NCBI RefSeq assembly: GCF_964213995.1
Contig: NC_135808.1
Span: 7,192,001 to 7,256,000, forward strand
Reading direction: 5' to 3'
Source of the DNA: Mustelus asterias
Taxonomy: Eukaryota
DNA: 64,000 nt
The position numbers and the translations under genes were made by a program. Shown here one piece after another: positions 12,604-26,146 of this stretch. The first letter of the stretch is position 1; each line of letters begins with the position of its first letter. A model generated the notes under the pieces. The model had not been told where the DNA came from. It saw only the letters and a list, made by a program, of their open reading frames with translations, and did no database searches.

Positions 12604-15449
12604 ATTATGTGTGGCCTTCACCGGCCAGGGTATTGCAGCTGGAAATAGCCCAAACGCTCAAAGCTCCATCTTGTGGCAAACCAGTGCTGCTCTTTCTAAA
12701 AAACTGATGGAACTGCAGAAACTGACCTTTTGGTGGTGTTAAATGTTGCCAGGTGAAAGATGAATCATTTCCAGTTAGTGCCATAGTGGCGTTAAAGTAC
12801 AATGAGTGTTATTTTACTGAACTGTGCACAAAATTATACGTAAGGTTCTTCTGCAATAAAACGGTTGGGAGGTTCGAGTTAAGGGTGCTTTTCTGGGCCG
12901 CGATAACCATTTAGTAAGTGTTTGTAATAAACGCCTGGATCACAATTACTTGAATTGAATTTAAGGAGAGATTTTCATGTCCCATTAGATTCCGGAATGA
13001 GGATAACACGAGGTTTGGCTCAGGCTCGGAGTTGCACAGATTACGCAATGCCTAAGGACCTGCATCGACTAATAGAACCCAGAATCAATGCAGTTTAGCG
13101 TTCGTCTTATGTCAAAGTTACTTTGCACAAGTTAAGGTTTAACTCATGAGTTTAATTCTGAAGTAGAAGTTCATATGGGAAAAATAATGGAATATGTCCG
13201 GCAGCGTTCAATTCTCAAAATGATTACCTGTGACCCCATTTGAGTGCTCCAAACTTCCGGTTACTCCCAAGTACCCCCAGGGCGGCACGGTAGCACAGTG
13301 GTTAGCGCTGCTGCTTCACAGCTCCAGGGACCTGGGTTCGGTTCCCGGCTCGGGTCACTGTCTGTGTGGAGTTTGCACATTCTCCTCGTGTCTGCGTGGG
13401 TTTCCTCCGGGTGCTCCGGTTTCCTCCCACAGTCCAAAGATGTGCGGGTTAGGTTGATTGGCCATGCTAAAATTGCCCCTTAGTGTCCTGGGATGCGTAG
13501 GTTAGAGGGATTAGCGGGTAAATATGTCAGGATAAGGGGGTAGAGCCTGGGTGGGGTTGTGGTGGTGCAGACTCGATGGGCCAAATGGCCTCTTTCTGCA
13601 CTGTCGGGTTTCTATGATTCTAAAGATTGAAGTGAGGAGTGGTTAGGGCTGTTGAGTGGGGAGAGATGCGGGTGGCGGTGAGTGTTTGACAGGAGGGACC
13701 TGGTTAGAGAGTTGTTGAGTGTGGGCTTTGTGGGGAGGTGCTGACCTAGGGATGAGGGGTGATAGTGTTGATTAAGAATTGGTTGGTGGGTTGCCCGGAG
13801 GGAGGATGGGGTACGTTGGGGGGAGGAGGGCGGTGGAGGGATTGACCGTAGCGAGCTGGTTAGAGAATTGTTCCGCCAGAGTTTGGGGAAGAGGTGGGTG
13901 GACTGGGCAAGGGGAGGGCGAGTGGTGTAGGGGTGGTGTTAAAAGACAGTAGGGCAGTAGGGGCAGGGTTGTCGGGGGGACAAGATTAAACAGCTGAAAA
14001 AATGTAGACCTACCTCTTTTCAGGCTGTGGTTGTTACAGCGACCAGGTCTTATAGAATAGGCGACTTAGCCACGCCCATGGATAGAAAAAAATGTGCACT
14101 TAAAGAGGCCATGCAGTTGTCAAGAACTAAGTCAGAGCTTGACGCCCGCTATTTCTGCCTCTAGGTCGCAGAGGGACAAGAGCGACACATAAGAACACCA
14201 CTACCTATAGGGTCCCTTCCATGTCACACGCCATCCTGACTTGGAACTATATGGACATTCATTTAGAATTTAAAAAGAAATTATTCTTGCATGGGATGTG
14301 GGCATCACGGTCAAAGCCTGCAATTATTGTACATCCCTAAATCTGGGTCTCACTTACAAGTGTCCTTGTCGCAGAGTATATCCGGAAGGTTGTAATCCAG
14401 TGGCTAGTTCACATTTAGAGGGTCTTTTGGTAGATGGCCAGCATCTTTCAAACGTGACAGAATTAGTGCAGATAGTATTGACTTAGCAAGAAGCATATAC
14501 TGATGATATCAGCAAACACCAGAACCTCTGTGCTGATGACCTTATAATGCCAAGCCGAGGATACATCAGAAGAAGTGAGGATGGAAATTTTCTCCAAACA
14601 ATATAATGTCCTGGTCATAGAATCATAGAATCCCTAAAGGGCAGAAGGGGGTGATTTGGCTCATCGAGTCTGCACTGACAACAATCCCAGCCAGGACCTA
14701 TCCCCATAAACCCACTTATCTACCCTGCTAACCCCCTGACACTAAGGGATGATTTAGCATGGTCAATTAACCTAACCCGCACATCTTTGGACTGTGGGAG
14801 GAAACCGGAGCACCCGAAGGAAATCCACGCAGATTCAGGGAGAATGTGCAAACTCCACACAGACAGTGACCCAAGCTGGAAATCAAACCTGGGTCCCTGG
14901 CACCGTGAGGCAGCAGTGCTAACCACTGTGCCACCGTGCCACCCACGGTCAGTGCCAGTGGTCGCAATACTGTAGCAGACTGTACAGGCACATTTGGTAG
15001 GCAGGCAGATATGTATTCCAGTTATGTTTATAATCCTCCATACTGTATTACTCAGCTTGCAGCTTTTGTAATGCGCGTGTTTACTTCAGTGTCAGGTTAA
15101 CAGATGGATGGCGATTGTGAATATGCAAAGTTGGATATGTTAAATTATAAACAACCTTTATCGTTACACTGTCAATGCTGATAGACAAAATGACAACTTC
15201 CTGACTCTGTTTGAGTTGAGAGGCAGATAGAGAGGACACTTTTTCAACACTATGTTGGGGGATGTGGGGAGAGTGAGTTCTATCACCCAGAGCAGCCAGT
15301 CCCTTACAGCGAAGCCCACATCCTGTTCACATGTTTCCTCTGAACTCCTGTCCTGACAGATGAATGAGCAATGTGTTTTTTCCCTTCAATGATCCACAGT
15401 TGGCAAGCCTCCTCTCTTTATAGGGAACCTGTGTCACTGTTCAGCCGAT

Positions 15450-17365
15450 CAAAGAACAAAGAACAAAGAACGAAGAACAATACAGCACAGGAACAGGCCC
15501 TTCGGCCCTCCAAGCCTGCACCGATCATGTGTTCCTAACTAGACCATCCATTTGTATCCCTCTATTCCCAGTCTGTTCATGTGGCTATCTAGATAAGTCT
15601 TAAATGATCCTAGTGTGTCTGCCTCAACCACCTTGCTTGGTAGTGCATTCCAGGCTCCCACCACCCTCTGTGTAAAATACAACCCCCGCATATCTGTATT
15701 GAACCTTGCCCCCTTACCTTGAACTTGTGACCCCTTGTGTTTGTCATTTCTGACCTGGGGAAAAAGCTTCCAACTGTTCACCCTATCTATGCCCTGCATA
15801 ATTTTATAACCTTCTATTAGGTCGCCCCTCAACCTCCGTCTTTCCAGGGAGAACAACCCTAGTTTACTCAATCTTTCCTCATAGCTAATACCAGGCAACA
15901 CCCTGGTAAACCTTTTCTGCACTCTCGCCAAAGCCTCCACATCCTTCTGGTAGTGTGGCGACCAGAACTGGATGCAGTATTCCAAAAGTGGCCTAACCAA
16001 CGTTCTATATAACTGCAACATCATATGCCAACTTTTATACTCTATGCCCCGTCCAATAAAGGCAAGCATGCCATATGCCTTCTTCACCACCTTTTCCACC
16101 TTTAAGGATCTGTGGACTTGAACACCCAGATCCCTCTGTGTGTCTATACTCCTGATGGTTCTGCCATTTATTGTATAGCTCCCCCCTGCATTAGATCAAC
16201 CAAAATGCATCACTTCACATTTATCTGGATTAAATTCCATCTGCCATTTCTCTGCCCAATTTTCCAGCCTATCTATATCCTGCTGAATTCTCTGACAATG
16301 TTCATCACTATCCGCAACTCCAGCAATCTTTGTGTCGTCCGCAAACTTACTAATCAGACCAGCTACATCTTCTCCCAAATCATTTATATATATCACAAAC
16401 AGCAGAGGTCCCAGTACAGAGCCCTGCGGAACACCACTAGTCACAGACCTCCAGTCAGAAAAAGACCCCTCCACTGCTACCCTCTGTCTTCTACGGCCAA
16501 GCCAGTTTTGCCCATTTGCTAGTTCACCTTTGATCCCGTGAGATTTAACCTTTTGCACCAGCCTGCCATGAGGGACCTTGTCAAATGCTTTACTAAAATC
16601 CATGTAGACAACATCAACGGCCCTTCCCTTGTCAATGATTTTTGTCACCTCCTCAAAAACTCAACCAACTTTGTGAGGCATGACCTCCCTCGTACAAAAC
16701 CATGTTGTCTATTGCTAATGAGATTATTCAGTTCTAAATGTATATCGATCCTATCTCTAAGAATCTTCTCCAACAGTTTCCCTACCATGGATGTCAAGCT
16801 CATTGGCCTATAATTACCTGGGTTATCCTTGCTACGCTTCTTAAATAACGGGACCACATTTGCTATCCTCCAATCCTCTGGGACCTCACCTGTGTCCAAT
16901 GAAGAAACAAAGATTTCTGTTAGAGGCCAGCAATTTCATCCCTTGTCTCTCTCAGTAATCTAGGACAGATGCCATCTGGCCCTGGGATTTGTCTACCTTA
17001 ATGCTCCTAAAACACCTAACACTTCCTCCCTTGTAATTGCGATTTGTTCTAACGGGTCTACACATCCCTCCGAGACACTACCAATCAACGTGTCCCTCTC
17101 CTTTGTGAATACTGATGCAAAGTATTAATTTAGGATCTCACCTACTTCCTTGGGTTCTAAGCATAATTCCCCTCCTTTGTTCTTGAGAGGTCCGACTCTT
17201 TCTCTGACAACCCTCTTGTTCCTAACGTATGTATAAAATGCCTTGGGATTCTCTTTAATTCTGTCTGCCAAGGACATTTTGTGACCCCTTTTTGCCCTTC
17301 TAACTCCCTGTTTGAGTTCTTTTCTACTTTCTCTGTATTCCTCCAGTGCTTCATCTGTGAATCTG
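15450..17365 (-). mobile_element. CR1 LINE, frameshifted RT region
   Basis: DFSKAFDKVPH, GVPQGSVLGP and KFADDTK motifs; (TTCTTTG)n tail. Confidence 0.93.
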
Positions 17366-17822
17366 TGGAATTCACATGTGAATTCCATACATTATCGACC
17401 AGCTGAAAGTTACCAGTCCAAAGGTCTGCAGGTTAGGTGGATTGGTCATGCTAAATTTCTCTTAGTGAATGATAGATAGAAACCCTGCAGTACAGAAAGG
17501 CCATTCGGCCCATCGAGTCTGCACCGACCACAATCCCACCCAGGCCCCACCCCCATATCCCTACATATTTTACCCTGTAATCTACGCATCCCAGGACACT
17601 AAGGGGCAATTTTAGCATGGCCAATCAACCTAACCCGCACATCTTTGGACTGTGGGAGGAAACCGGAGCACCCGGAGGAAACCCACGCAGACACGAGGAG
17701 AGTGTGCAAACTCCACACAGACAGTGACCCAAGCCAGGAATCGAACCCAGGACCCTGGAGCTGTGAAGCAGCAGTGCTAACCACTGTGCTACCGTGCCGC
17801 CCTAAAATAACCAGAAAGGGGG

Positions 17823-17999
17823 TGGTGCACCGTTACCGGAGATACTGCAATACCGGACCGATACGTGAAGTGGACGGAGCAAGCCCCTATTCCATCTCCC
17901 TGCTCCAAAAATCAATTTAATATATGGTCCCCAGATAAGGGACGTATCAGATATTAAACTGATAAGAACAGATACTACACTTGATCTTAGCCAAAAGGC
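17823..17999 (-). pseudogene. RNU2: U2 snRNA retrocopy lacking the first ~11 nt
   Basis: Reverse complement reads GCCTTTTGGCTAAGATCAAGTGTAGTATCTGTTCTTATCAG...GATTTTTGG (Sm site)...GGTGCACC. It sits inside a SINE, with no native 5' end. Confidence 0.92.
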
Positions 18000-19074
18000 T
18001 AAGATGTCCCAAGATGTGTAGATTGGGGGATTACCCAAGTAAATGCATGATGTATGGGGATCGGGCGGGAGTGGACCTGGGTAAGTTGCTCTGCCTGACA
18101 GCCAGTGCAGATGCTTGGAGCTGAATGGCCTCCTTCTGCACTGTAGGGATTCTATAATGCCTGCCAGTCCCTTGTACATGGTCCTGATTAGGCAGTGTAT
18201 CAATCGGAATGTTGGCATTTCATCCTTTTTTGTTTGTTTCGTTTATTTTCCTACTGCAATAAGATTCAACCCACTTGTTGATTGGAGGCTCTGATCTCCA
18301 AGCACCCACTGAAGCAGGTGAGCTGTGGAGAGTCAGCACCGTGCCAGTTGCAGGCTACCCAATTTGAGCTGGGTGGTGGCTGACCACTGGGGCTTGATGG
18401 TCCCTCCCACGGCCGGGGTCAGCCCATAGAACCTGATGTCTAGCCAATGATATTGGGTTATTACTCAAAACAGTTGTCTGCCGCATTCTGTTAACCATCC
18501 GCAGGGAGATTGGAGCGCCCTCTACAGACTTGGGAAAATATATGAACACCCTGGACTGGCAAGACTGCTGGGCGCACTGATCCATTGCACTATCCATTCG
18601 AAGGCGGTTGCAGTAGGTATGAGCGAAACATTTTTGGAGTGGGAATGTCTAAATGGAAATCTCTTTCCATCTGTCCTGTGAAGGAGTAAGGATAACAAAG
18701 CGATAGAAGAACCTGGCGCTAAGCTCCAAAGATGATATATAGTTTACATGAATCAACACTTAATCCACAGGACTAGGAGACATGAGGATAGGAAATCTTC
18801 TTAGCAAATAGACTGTTTTCAAATCGGCTGTTCCTTGTGCATTCTATCCGAAACCTGCGGACAATCGGACAACGCCGCCTTTCTGAGAAGATCTCGCACA
18901 AGCTCCTGTGCTTTTGAATCGTGTAGCTTGCTTCCGAAAAATGTACTTCCACTTTTAAAAAAAGTACTCCATTCTCAAAGCTGCAAAGTTAATGCAAGGA
19001 GCGGACAGACCCAAATCCATCTCCTTGCTTGCTCCAAGAAAAAACAAATTCAAATGGCATGCAACCTTTAAAAC

Positions 19075-20640
19075 ATATTTGATTCAATTTATTACATGTA
19101 TTGTGATATGGTGAAAAGTATTGTTTCCTGCACGCTATACAGACAAATATCGAAACATAGAAAATGGAAACAGGAATAGGCCATTCAGCCCTTCGAATCT
19201 GCTCCGCCATTCATTTTGATCATGGCTGATCATCGAATTCAATATCCTGATCACCCCCTTCCTCCCATATCCCCTGATCCCTTTAGCCCCAACAGCTATA
19301 TCTAATTTCTTCTTGAAATCAGACAGTGTTTTGGCCTCAACTACTTTCTTTTGTAGTGAATTCCACACATTCACCACTCACTGGGTGAAGAAATTTCTCC
19401 TCACCTCAGTTCTAAAAGATTTGCCCCTTATCCTCAAACCATGACATCTAGTTCTTGACTCCCTCACCATTGGGAACATTCTTATTGGAACCTTATTGGA
19501 ACCCTGTTAGACTTTTATAAGTTTCTATGAGATCCCCTCTCACTCTTCTGAACTCCAGTGAATATAATCCTAACTGATTTAGTCTCTCCTCATACGGCAG
19601 ACTTGCCATCCCAGGAATCACCCTGGTAAACATTTGCTGTACTCACTCTATAGCAAGGACATATTTCCTCAGATAAGGACACCAAAACTGCACACAATAT
19701 TCGAGGTGTGGCCTGACTAACGACCGATACAATTGCAAAAGAAATACAGCAAAACATACCATTCATATAGTATATGGGGAGAAGGAAAGGAGAGGTTGCA
19801 GAATATAGTGTCACAGTCATAGCCAGAGTGAGTTTTAGTTGAGCACTTGAAATATCATAATATTCACGGATATGGGAAAATGGGACTAACGCACCTTTAG
19901 TGGTAGTTATTGTCAGTCCAGACTCAATGGGCTGAAGGGTCTTTTCTGCTGTGCTTGGCTCTATGACTTGATGAATCGAATTCATGGTCCCCACAAGAGA
20001 AACATACAAGATTCAAGATTGAGAGAGCTAGAATACAAGAGCAGGGATGTACCTCTGAGGCTGTGTAAGGCTCTGGTCAGACCTCATTTGGAGTATTGTG
20101 AGCAGTATTGGGCCCCATATCTAAGGAAGGATATGCTGGTCTTGGAAAGAGTCCAGAGAAGGTTCACAATAATGATCCCTGGAATAGAGAGCTTGTCATA
20201 TGAGGAACAGTTTAGGACTCTGGGTCTGTCCTCATTGGAGTTTAGAAGGATGAGGGGGGGTCTTATTGAAACTTACAGGATACTGCGAGGCCTGGATAGA
20301 GTGGATGTGGAGAGAATGTTTCCACTGGTAGGAAAAACTAGAACCAGAGGGCACAACCTCAGGCGAAAGGGACGATCATGTAAAACACAAATGAGGAGGA
20401 ATTTCTTCAACCAGAGAGTGGTGAATCTGTGGAACTCTTTGCTGCAGGAAGCTGTGGAGGCCAGGTCACTGAGTGTCAAGACAGAGATGGATAGGTTCTT
20501 GATTAATAAGGGGATCAGGCGTTATGGGGAAAAGGGAGGAGAATGGGGATGAGAAAAATGTCAGCCATGATTGAATGGCGGAGCAGGCTCGTTGAGCCAA
20601 GTGACCTAATTCTGCTCCTATGTCTTATGGTCTTATGCCA
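19075..20640. mobile_element. Cluster of LINE 3' fragments: Rex1-like tail split by CR1 (-) at ~19150-19745, and CR1 (+) at ~20010-20640
   Basis: CR1 C-terminal ORF 19968-20552; flanks match the 4952-5110 tail. Confidence 0.8.
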
Positions 20641-22595
20641 TGAAAAGGCATTGCACCCCATCTTGGGTGAGACCTGACTCTGGAATTTGGCCAAAAGGTG
20701 GAGGAGCACACCCCCTGCCAGGTAATCAAAGCCTCACCCCTGCCAGGTGGTTATGGTCTCAGCAGTACCAGATTATCATGGTTTGCCATGTACATTGCCA
20801 GTTAATAATTTAACAACTGCAAGCAAATTTCTCACAGATCACAACATTGCTGGAGTCAGCAAATATGTCCACTATCTTGCTATGGTTTAGCACTGGACTC
20901 TTTTCAATCTCATGAGGTGGAAGTTTGTAGAAAAACACAATTCTAGGTTCAGGTTTACCTCACTGTTCTGCGCCTTCTCAAAGCAACTTACAAAAGGGCG
21001 GCATGGTAGCACAGTGGTTAGCACTGCTGCCCCACAGTGCTAGGGTCCTGGGTTCAGTTTCCGGCTTGGGTCACTATCTGTGTGGAGTTTGCACATTCTC
21101 CCCGTGTCTGTGTGGCTTTCCTCCAGGTGCTCCGGTTTCCTCCCACACTCCAAAGATGTGCGGGTTAGGTTGATTGGCCGTGCTAAAGTTGCCCGTTAGT
21201 CTCCTGAGATGTGTAGCTTAGAAGGATTAGCAGGTAAAATATGTAGGGATATGGTGGTAGGGCCTGCGTGGGATTGTGGTCAGTGCAGACTCGATGGGCC
21301 AGATGGCCTCTTTCTGCACAGTAGGGTTTCTATCATTTCTAAAAGGAACAGGGGATCAAATTTAATATACCTTCAGGCAAGGAATGCCAGGGAACGATTA
21401 AAAGTACAAGTGTGACCACAAAAGCCTAATGTAATCATTTCCTCAATGATATTGAAAGGAAATGTTTTGCTACCAAATTGCAGCTAGTGTGTCCAACCAA
21501 GCTGCAGGGTCTCCCCACAAGGCCCAGGGGGCTCAGCAAGAGGGCAACGCTTAAAATGGAGGCCGTTCTCTGGGTCTGTGCTCAACTATTCCACAGTTCT
21601 TAAGTTCTTATGTTCTTATGTTTTAAAGTTTATCTATTAATGTAACAAGTAGGCTTACATTAATACTGCAATTAAGTTACTATGAAAATCCCGTAGTCGC
21701 CATACTCCGGCGCCTGGTCAGGTACACTGAGGGAAAATTTAGCATGGCCAATTCACCTAACCAGCACGTCTTTTGGACTGTGGGAGGAAACCAGAGCACC
21801 CAGAGGAAACCCACACAGACACGCAGACTCCGCACAGTCACCCAAGCTGGGAAGCGAACATAGGTCCCTGGTGCTGTGAGGCAGCAGTGCTAACCACTGT
21901 GCCACCGTGTAGATGTCTAATCAGTGAAACAAAAGGAACAGAAGCCTGAACCTAATCTGCATATAGCATTTAAGCACAGGAAAAAACTTGGACTTTGCCA
22001 ACTTGAAAGTGCTAAGAGTATGGCCATTTTTGCCAAGAATGTGCGTCAGGTGGTCAACAGGCTTCTGTGGCAGTTGAGCTGGTGCTCCGTGATCTATTAG
22101 ACATCAATATGTTCTGTGAAACATAAGCATTTGAGTACTGTGGTCACAATGAGGCCCAGAATTGGGGAAGACTCATACCAGATTAGATCGACCAACTTGC
22201 CTTTTCTTAAACCAATTCGACTCCAAAGTGCACAGAAAAGTGCAGGGGCCTAATTTTACCAAAGCGTCGCGCCCATTTTTGAGCGCGAAATCACGGTAAA
22301 GTTGGGCATCGTGCCTTTAACGCGATCTGCACCCGAATCCGAGCAGATCGCAGCTTTATCGACACCCGATTTTGATGCGGGTCTGGCCCGCGCCTGAATT
22401 GGGCGGCCCGACGATTTAAATGCATTTGCATTGGGGGAGAGGGGGTGTGACATCTCATCCTCTGGGGGGGGGGTGGGGGGGGGGGGGAGGTGGGAGGAAA
22501 GGGGGTGTGACCAATCATCCTCTAGTCGGGGGGCGGGGGGGGGGTTCCGCTGCCAGTCTGCGGCCGATCCCTCCTACCGGAGTGGATGTGCGGCC

Positions 22596-22750
22596 ATGCC
22601 ATCCCACAAAACCTTCAGGATGAAGTGATTCCTCGCTAAGAAGATGAAGCAGAACCGGCCGATTCCACAGTGGATCCTCATGAAAACCGGCTACAAGATC
22701 AATACAAGTCCAGGAGGAGACACTGGAGAAGGACCAAGCTGGGCCTGGAA
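22596..22750 (+). pseudogene. RPL39: RPL39 (eL39) processed pseudogene, left arm of an inverted pair
   Basis: Intronless [49 protein letters not shown]; premature TGA, 1-nt deletion, terminal stop replaced by GAA. Confidence 0.92.
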
Positions 22751-22776
22751 AAGGATACACCGTCACTGGTACACTA

Positions 22777-23016
<240 letters not shown>

Positions 23017-23547
23017 GGCCGCACGTCCACTCCGGCAGGAGGGATCAGCCGCAGACAGGCAGCGGAACCCCCCCCGACCAGAGGATGATGCATCACACCC
23101 CCTCTCCTCTCCCCCCTACCCAGGGGATGATCAGTCACACCCCCTCCCCTCCCACCTCCCCCCCCCCGGCCAGAGGATGATCTGGGTCCCGCCCCCCCCT
23201 CCGCCCACCTCCCCCCCCTCCACCCTGACCAGAGGATGACCGTCAGAGAGCCGCTCTCTCCGCTTTCTGCTTTTTCTTTCTTTTCGAACTGCGCATGCCA
23301 GCTCCGATCGGTCCGCCAGCGCTAAGCCCCGCCCACAGCGCGAATCGGACTGGAGCTGGCAAAACGCGTATGGGCGCGCTGGAAAGAGGATTCCAGGTGC
23401 GGATCTATTTGATGCCCGGATTCGGCACTTAAACTCAAAATGGTAAAATTCCCCCCCAGGACTTGAAACAGAGACTTCTCGAAAGAAACACTGCAAGGGC
23501 TGCTTCTTTGTGCGTAGATGGGGATGTTTGCATGTGTATTATATCGA

Positions 23548-25725
23548 AACATAAAAACATAGAAGATAGGAGCAGGAGGAGGCCATTTCACTCTTCGAGC
23601 CTGCTCCGCCATTCATCACGATCATAGCTGATCATCCAACCCAATAGCCTAATCCTGCTTTCCTCCCATAACCTTTGATCCCATTTGCCCTAAGTGCTAT
23701 ATCCAGCCGCCTCTTGAATATATTTAATGTTTTGGCATCAACTACTTCCTGTGGTAATGAATTCCACAGGCTCACCACTCTGTGGGTGAAGAAATGTCTC
23801 CTCACCTCCATCCTAAATGGTCTACCCTGAATCCTCAGACTGTGAACCCTGGTTCTGGATTCCCCCACCATCGGGAACATCCTCGCTGCAGCTACCCTGT
23901 CTAGTCCTGTTAGAATTTTATAAGTCTCTAATAGATCCCGCCCACCCCCCCAGGGCGGCACGGTAGCACAGTGGTTAGCGCTGCTGCTTCACAGCTCCAA
24001 GGTCCCGGGTTCGATTCCCGGCTCGGGTCACTGTCTGTGTGGAGTTTGCACATTCTCCTCGTGTCTGCGTGGGTTTCCTCCGGGTGCTCCGGTTTCCTCC
24101 CACAGTCCAAAGATGTGCGGGTTAGGTTGATTGGCCAGGTTAAAAAAATTGCCTCTTAGAGTCCTGGGATGCGTAGGTTAGAGGGATTAGTGGGTAAAAT
24201 ATGTGGGGGTAGGGCCTGGGTGGGATTGTGGTCGGTGCAGACTCGATGGGCCGAATGGCCTCCTTCTGCACTGTAGGGTTTCTATGATTCTATGATTTCG
24301 TCTGAACGCCAGCGAAATCAATCCTAACCTAGTCAATCTCTCCTCATACATCAGTCTCGCCATCCCCGGAATCAGCCTGGTAAAAAGTGATCATCAGTAT
24401 TGCAAGAGCTATCCCAAGCATAAACAGAGGCAGGGCTAACCTGGAGATTAGAACTTTCATTATAATAAATCATAACATGGAAAAACAAATTACTTTAGAA
24501 ACATAGAAACATATAAAAACTACAGCACAAAACAGGCCTTTGGCCCCACAAGTTGTGCCGAACATATCCCTACCTTCTAGGCCTACCTATAACCCTCCAT
24601 CCTATTAAGTCCCATGTACTCATCCAGGAGTCTCTTAAAAGACCCTATTGAGTTTGCCTCCACCACCACTGATGGTAGCCGATTCCACTCGCCCACCACC
24701 CTCTGTGTGAAAAACTTCCCCCAAACATTTCCCCTGTACCTACCCCGCAGCACCTTAAACCTGTGTCCTCTCGTAGCAGCCATTTCCACCCTGGGAAAAA
24801 GCCTCTGAGAGTCCACCCGACCTATGCCTCTCAGCATCTTATATATTTAACCAACATTTAAGATATGCTGCCCAGGAAACTGACATTACTGGTAAATCGT
24901 GAAAAAAATCTGCATCGTTGGTCCTAATGACTGGCATTAGGTTTTAAGTTGGTTCATTGCTGATCTAGTCTATGGAGCTACCAACTGAAGTGGATATTCT
25001 GAAGGGTTAAGTCCGATTCAGGGAGATAGAAGCTTAGAAACTAGAAGCAGGAGGAGGCCATTCTGCCCTTTGAGCCTGCTCCGCCATTCATTATGATCAT
25101 GGCTGATCATCCAATTCAATATCCTGATTCCGCCTCCCCCCATATCTCTTGAACCCTTTAGACCCAAGAGCTATAACTAATTATTTTCTTGAAATCACAA
25201 TGTTTTGGCCTCAACTACTCTCTGTAGTAATGAATTCACCGCTCTCTGGGTGAAGAAATTTCTCCTTACAGTTCTAAAAGGTTTACCTCTTCTCCTCAAA
25301 ATACGAACCCCAGTTCTGGACACCCCCACCATCGAGAACATTATTTCTGAATCTACCCTGTCTCATCCTGTTAGAATTTTATAAGTTTCTATGAGATCCC
25401 ATCTCACTTTTCTAAACCCCAATGAATTGAATCCTAACCGACTTAATCTTTCCTCATATGACAGACCTGCCATCCCAGGAATCCGCCTGATAAACATTCA
25501 CCACATTCCCACTGTAGCAAGAACACCCTTTCTCAGATAAGGACACCGGAACTGCACACAATACTCCAGGAGTTGGCTCACCAAGGCCCTATACGATTGC
25601 AGTAAAAGATACCTACGACTACACTCAAATCCTCTTGCTATAAAGGCCAACATACTATTTGCCTTCTTTAGTGCCTGCACCCTGTGACATGAGCCCAAAA
25701 CATAAAGTTGACCCTTCAGCACAGG
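23548..25725 (-). mobile_element. Three CR1 3' fragments (~23548-24385 with a nested SINE at 23952-24297; ~24497-24845; ~25033-25720)
   Basis: CR1 C-terminal motifs (RGH..K, FFTQRVV..WN.LP) and tails. Confidence 0.85.
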
Positions 25726-26146
25726 ACTGAGGGAATTGAAGGAGTTGCTGACTAATGGATGGCACCTTAAACTGAAGCCCCCTTTCTCCTCTCAAGAGGA
25801 CATGTTATAACCAATGGCCCTTACTTTGAAGAACAACAGAGGAATTCTCTCCACTCTCCAATATTTATCCTCCACAATCACTAGACCATTTTACCTGCTC
25901 ATGGTCACAATGCTGCCTGTGTCAGCTTGCCCTATGCAAGTTAGCTGTGATGTTTCTTACACGGCATTGGAAACATTTCAAACTTCTGAAATTACTAAAG
26001 CACTTTGAGGTGTCGTGGCACAGTGGTTAACACTGCTGCCTCACAGCACCAGGCACCCGGGTTCGATTCTCGGCTCGGGTCACTGTCTGTGTGGCTTCTG
26101 CACTTTCTCCCCACATTTGCGTGGGTTTCCTCTGGCTGCTCTGGTT

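Noticed and set aside
13280-13355. tRNA genes
   Set aside because: These are tRNA-derived SINE heads continuing into V-domain and tail.
14358-14520. Minus-strand exon ending at a GTAAGT donor
   Set aside because: Weak acceptor, stops limit every frame, and no recognisable peptide.
17823-17999. Functional U2 snRNA gene
   Set aside because: Lacks the first ~11 nt, and the upstream sequence is SINE rather than an snRNA promoter.
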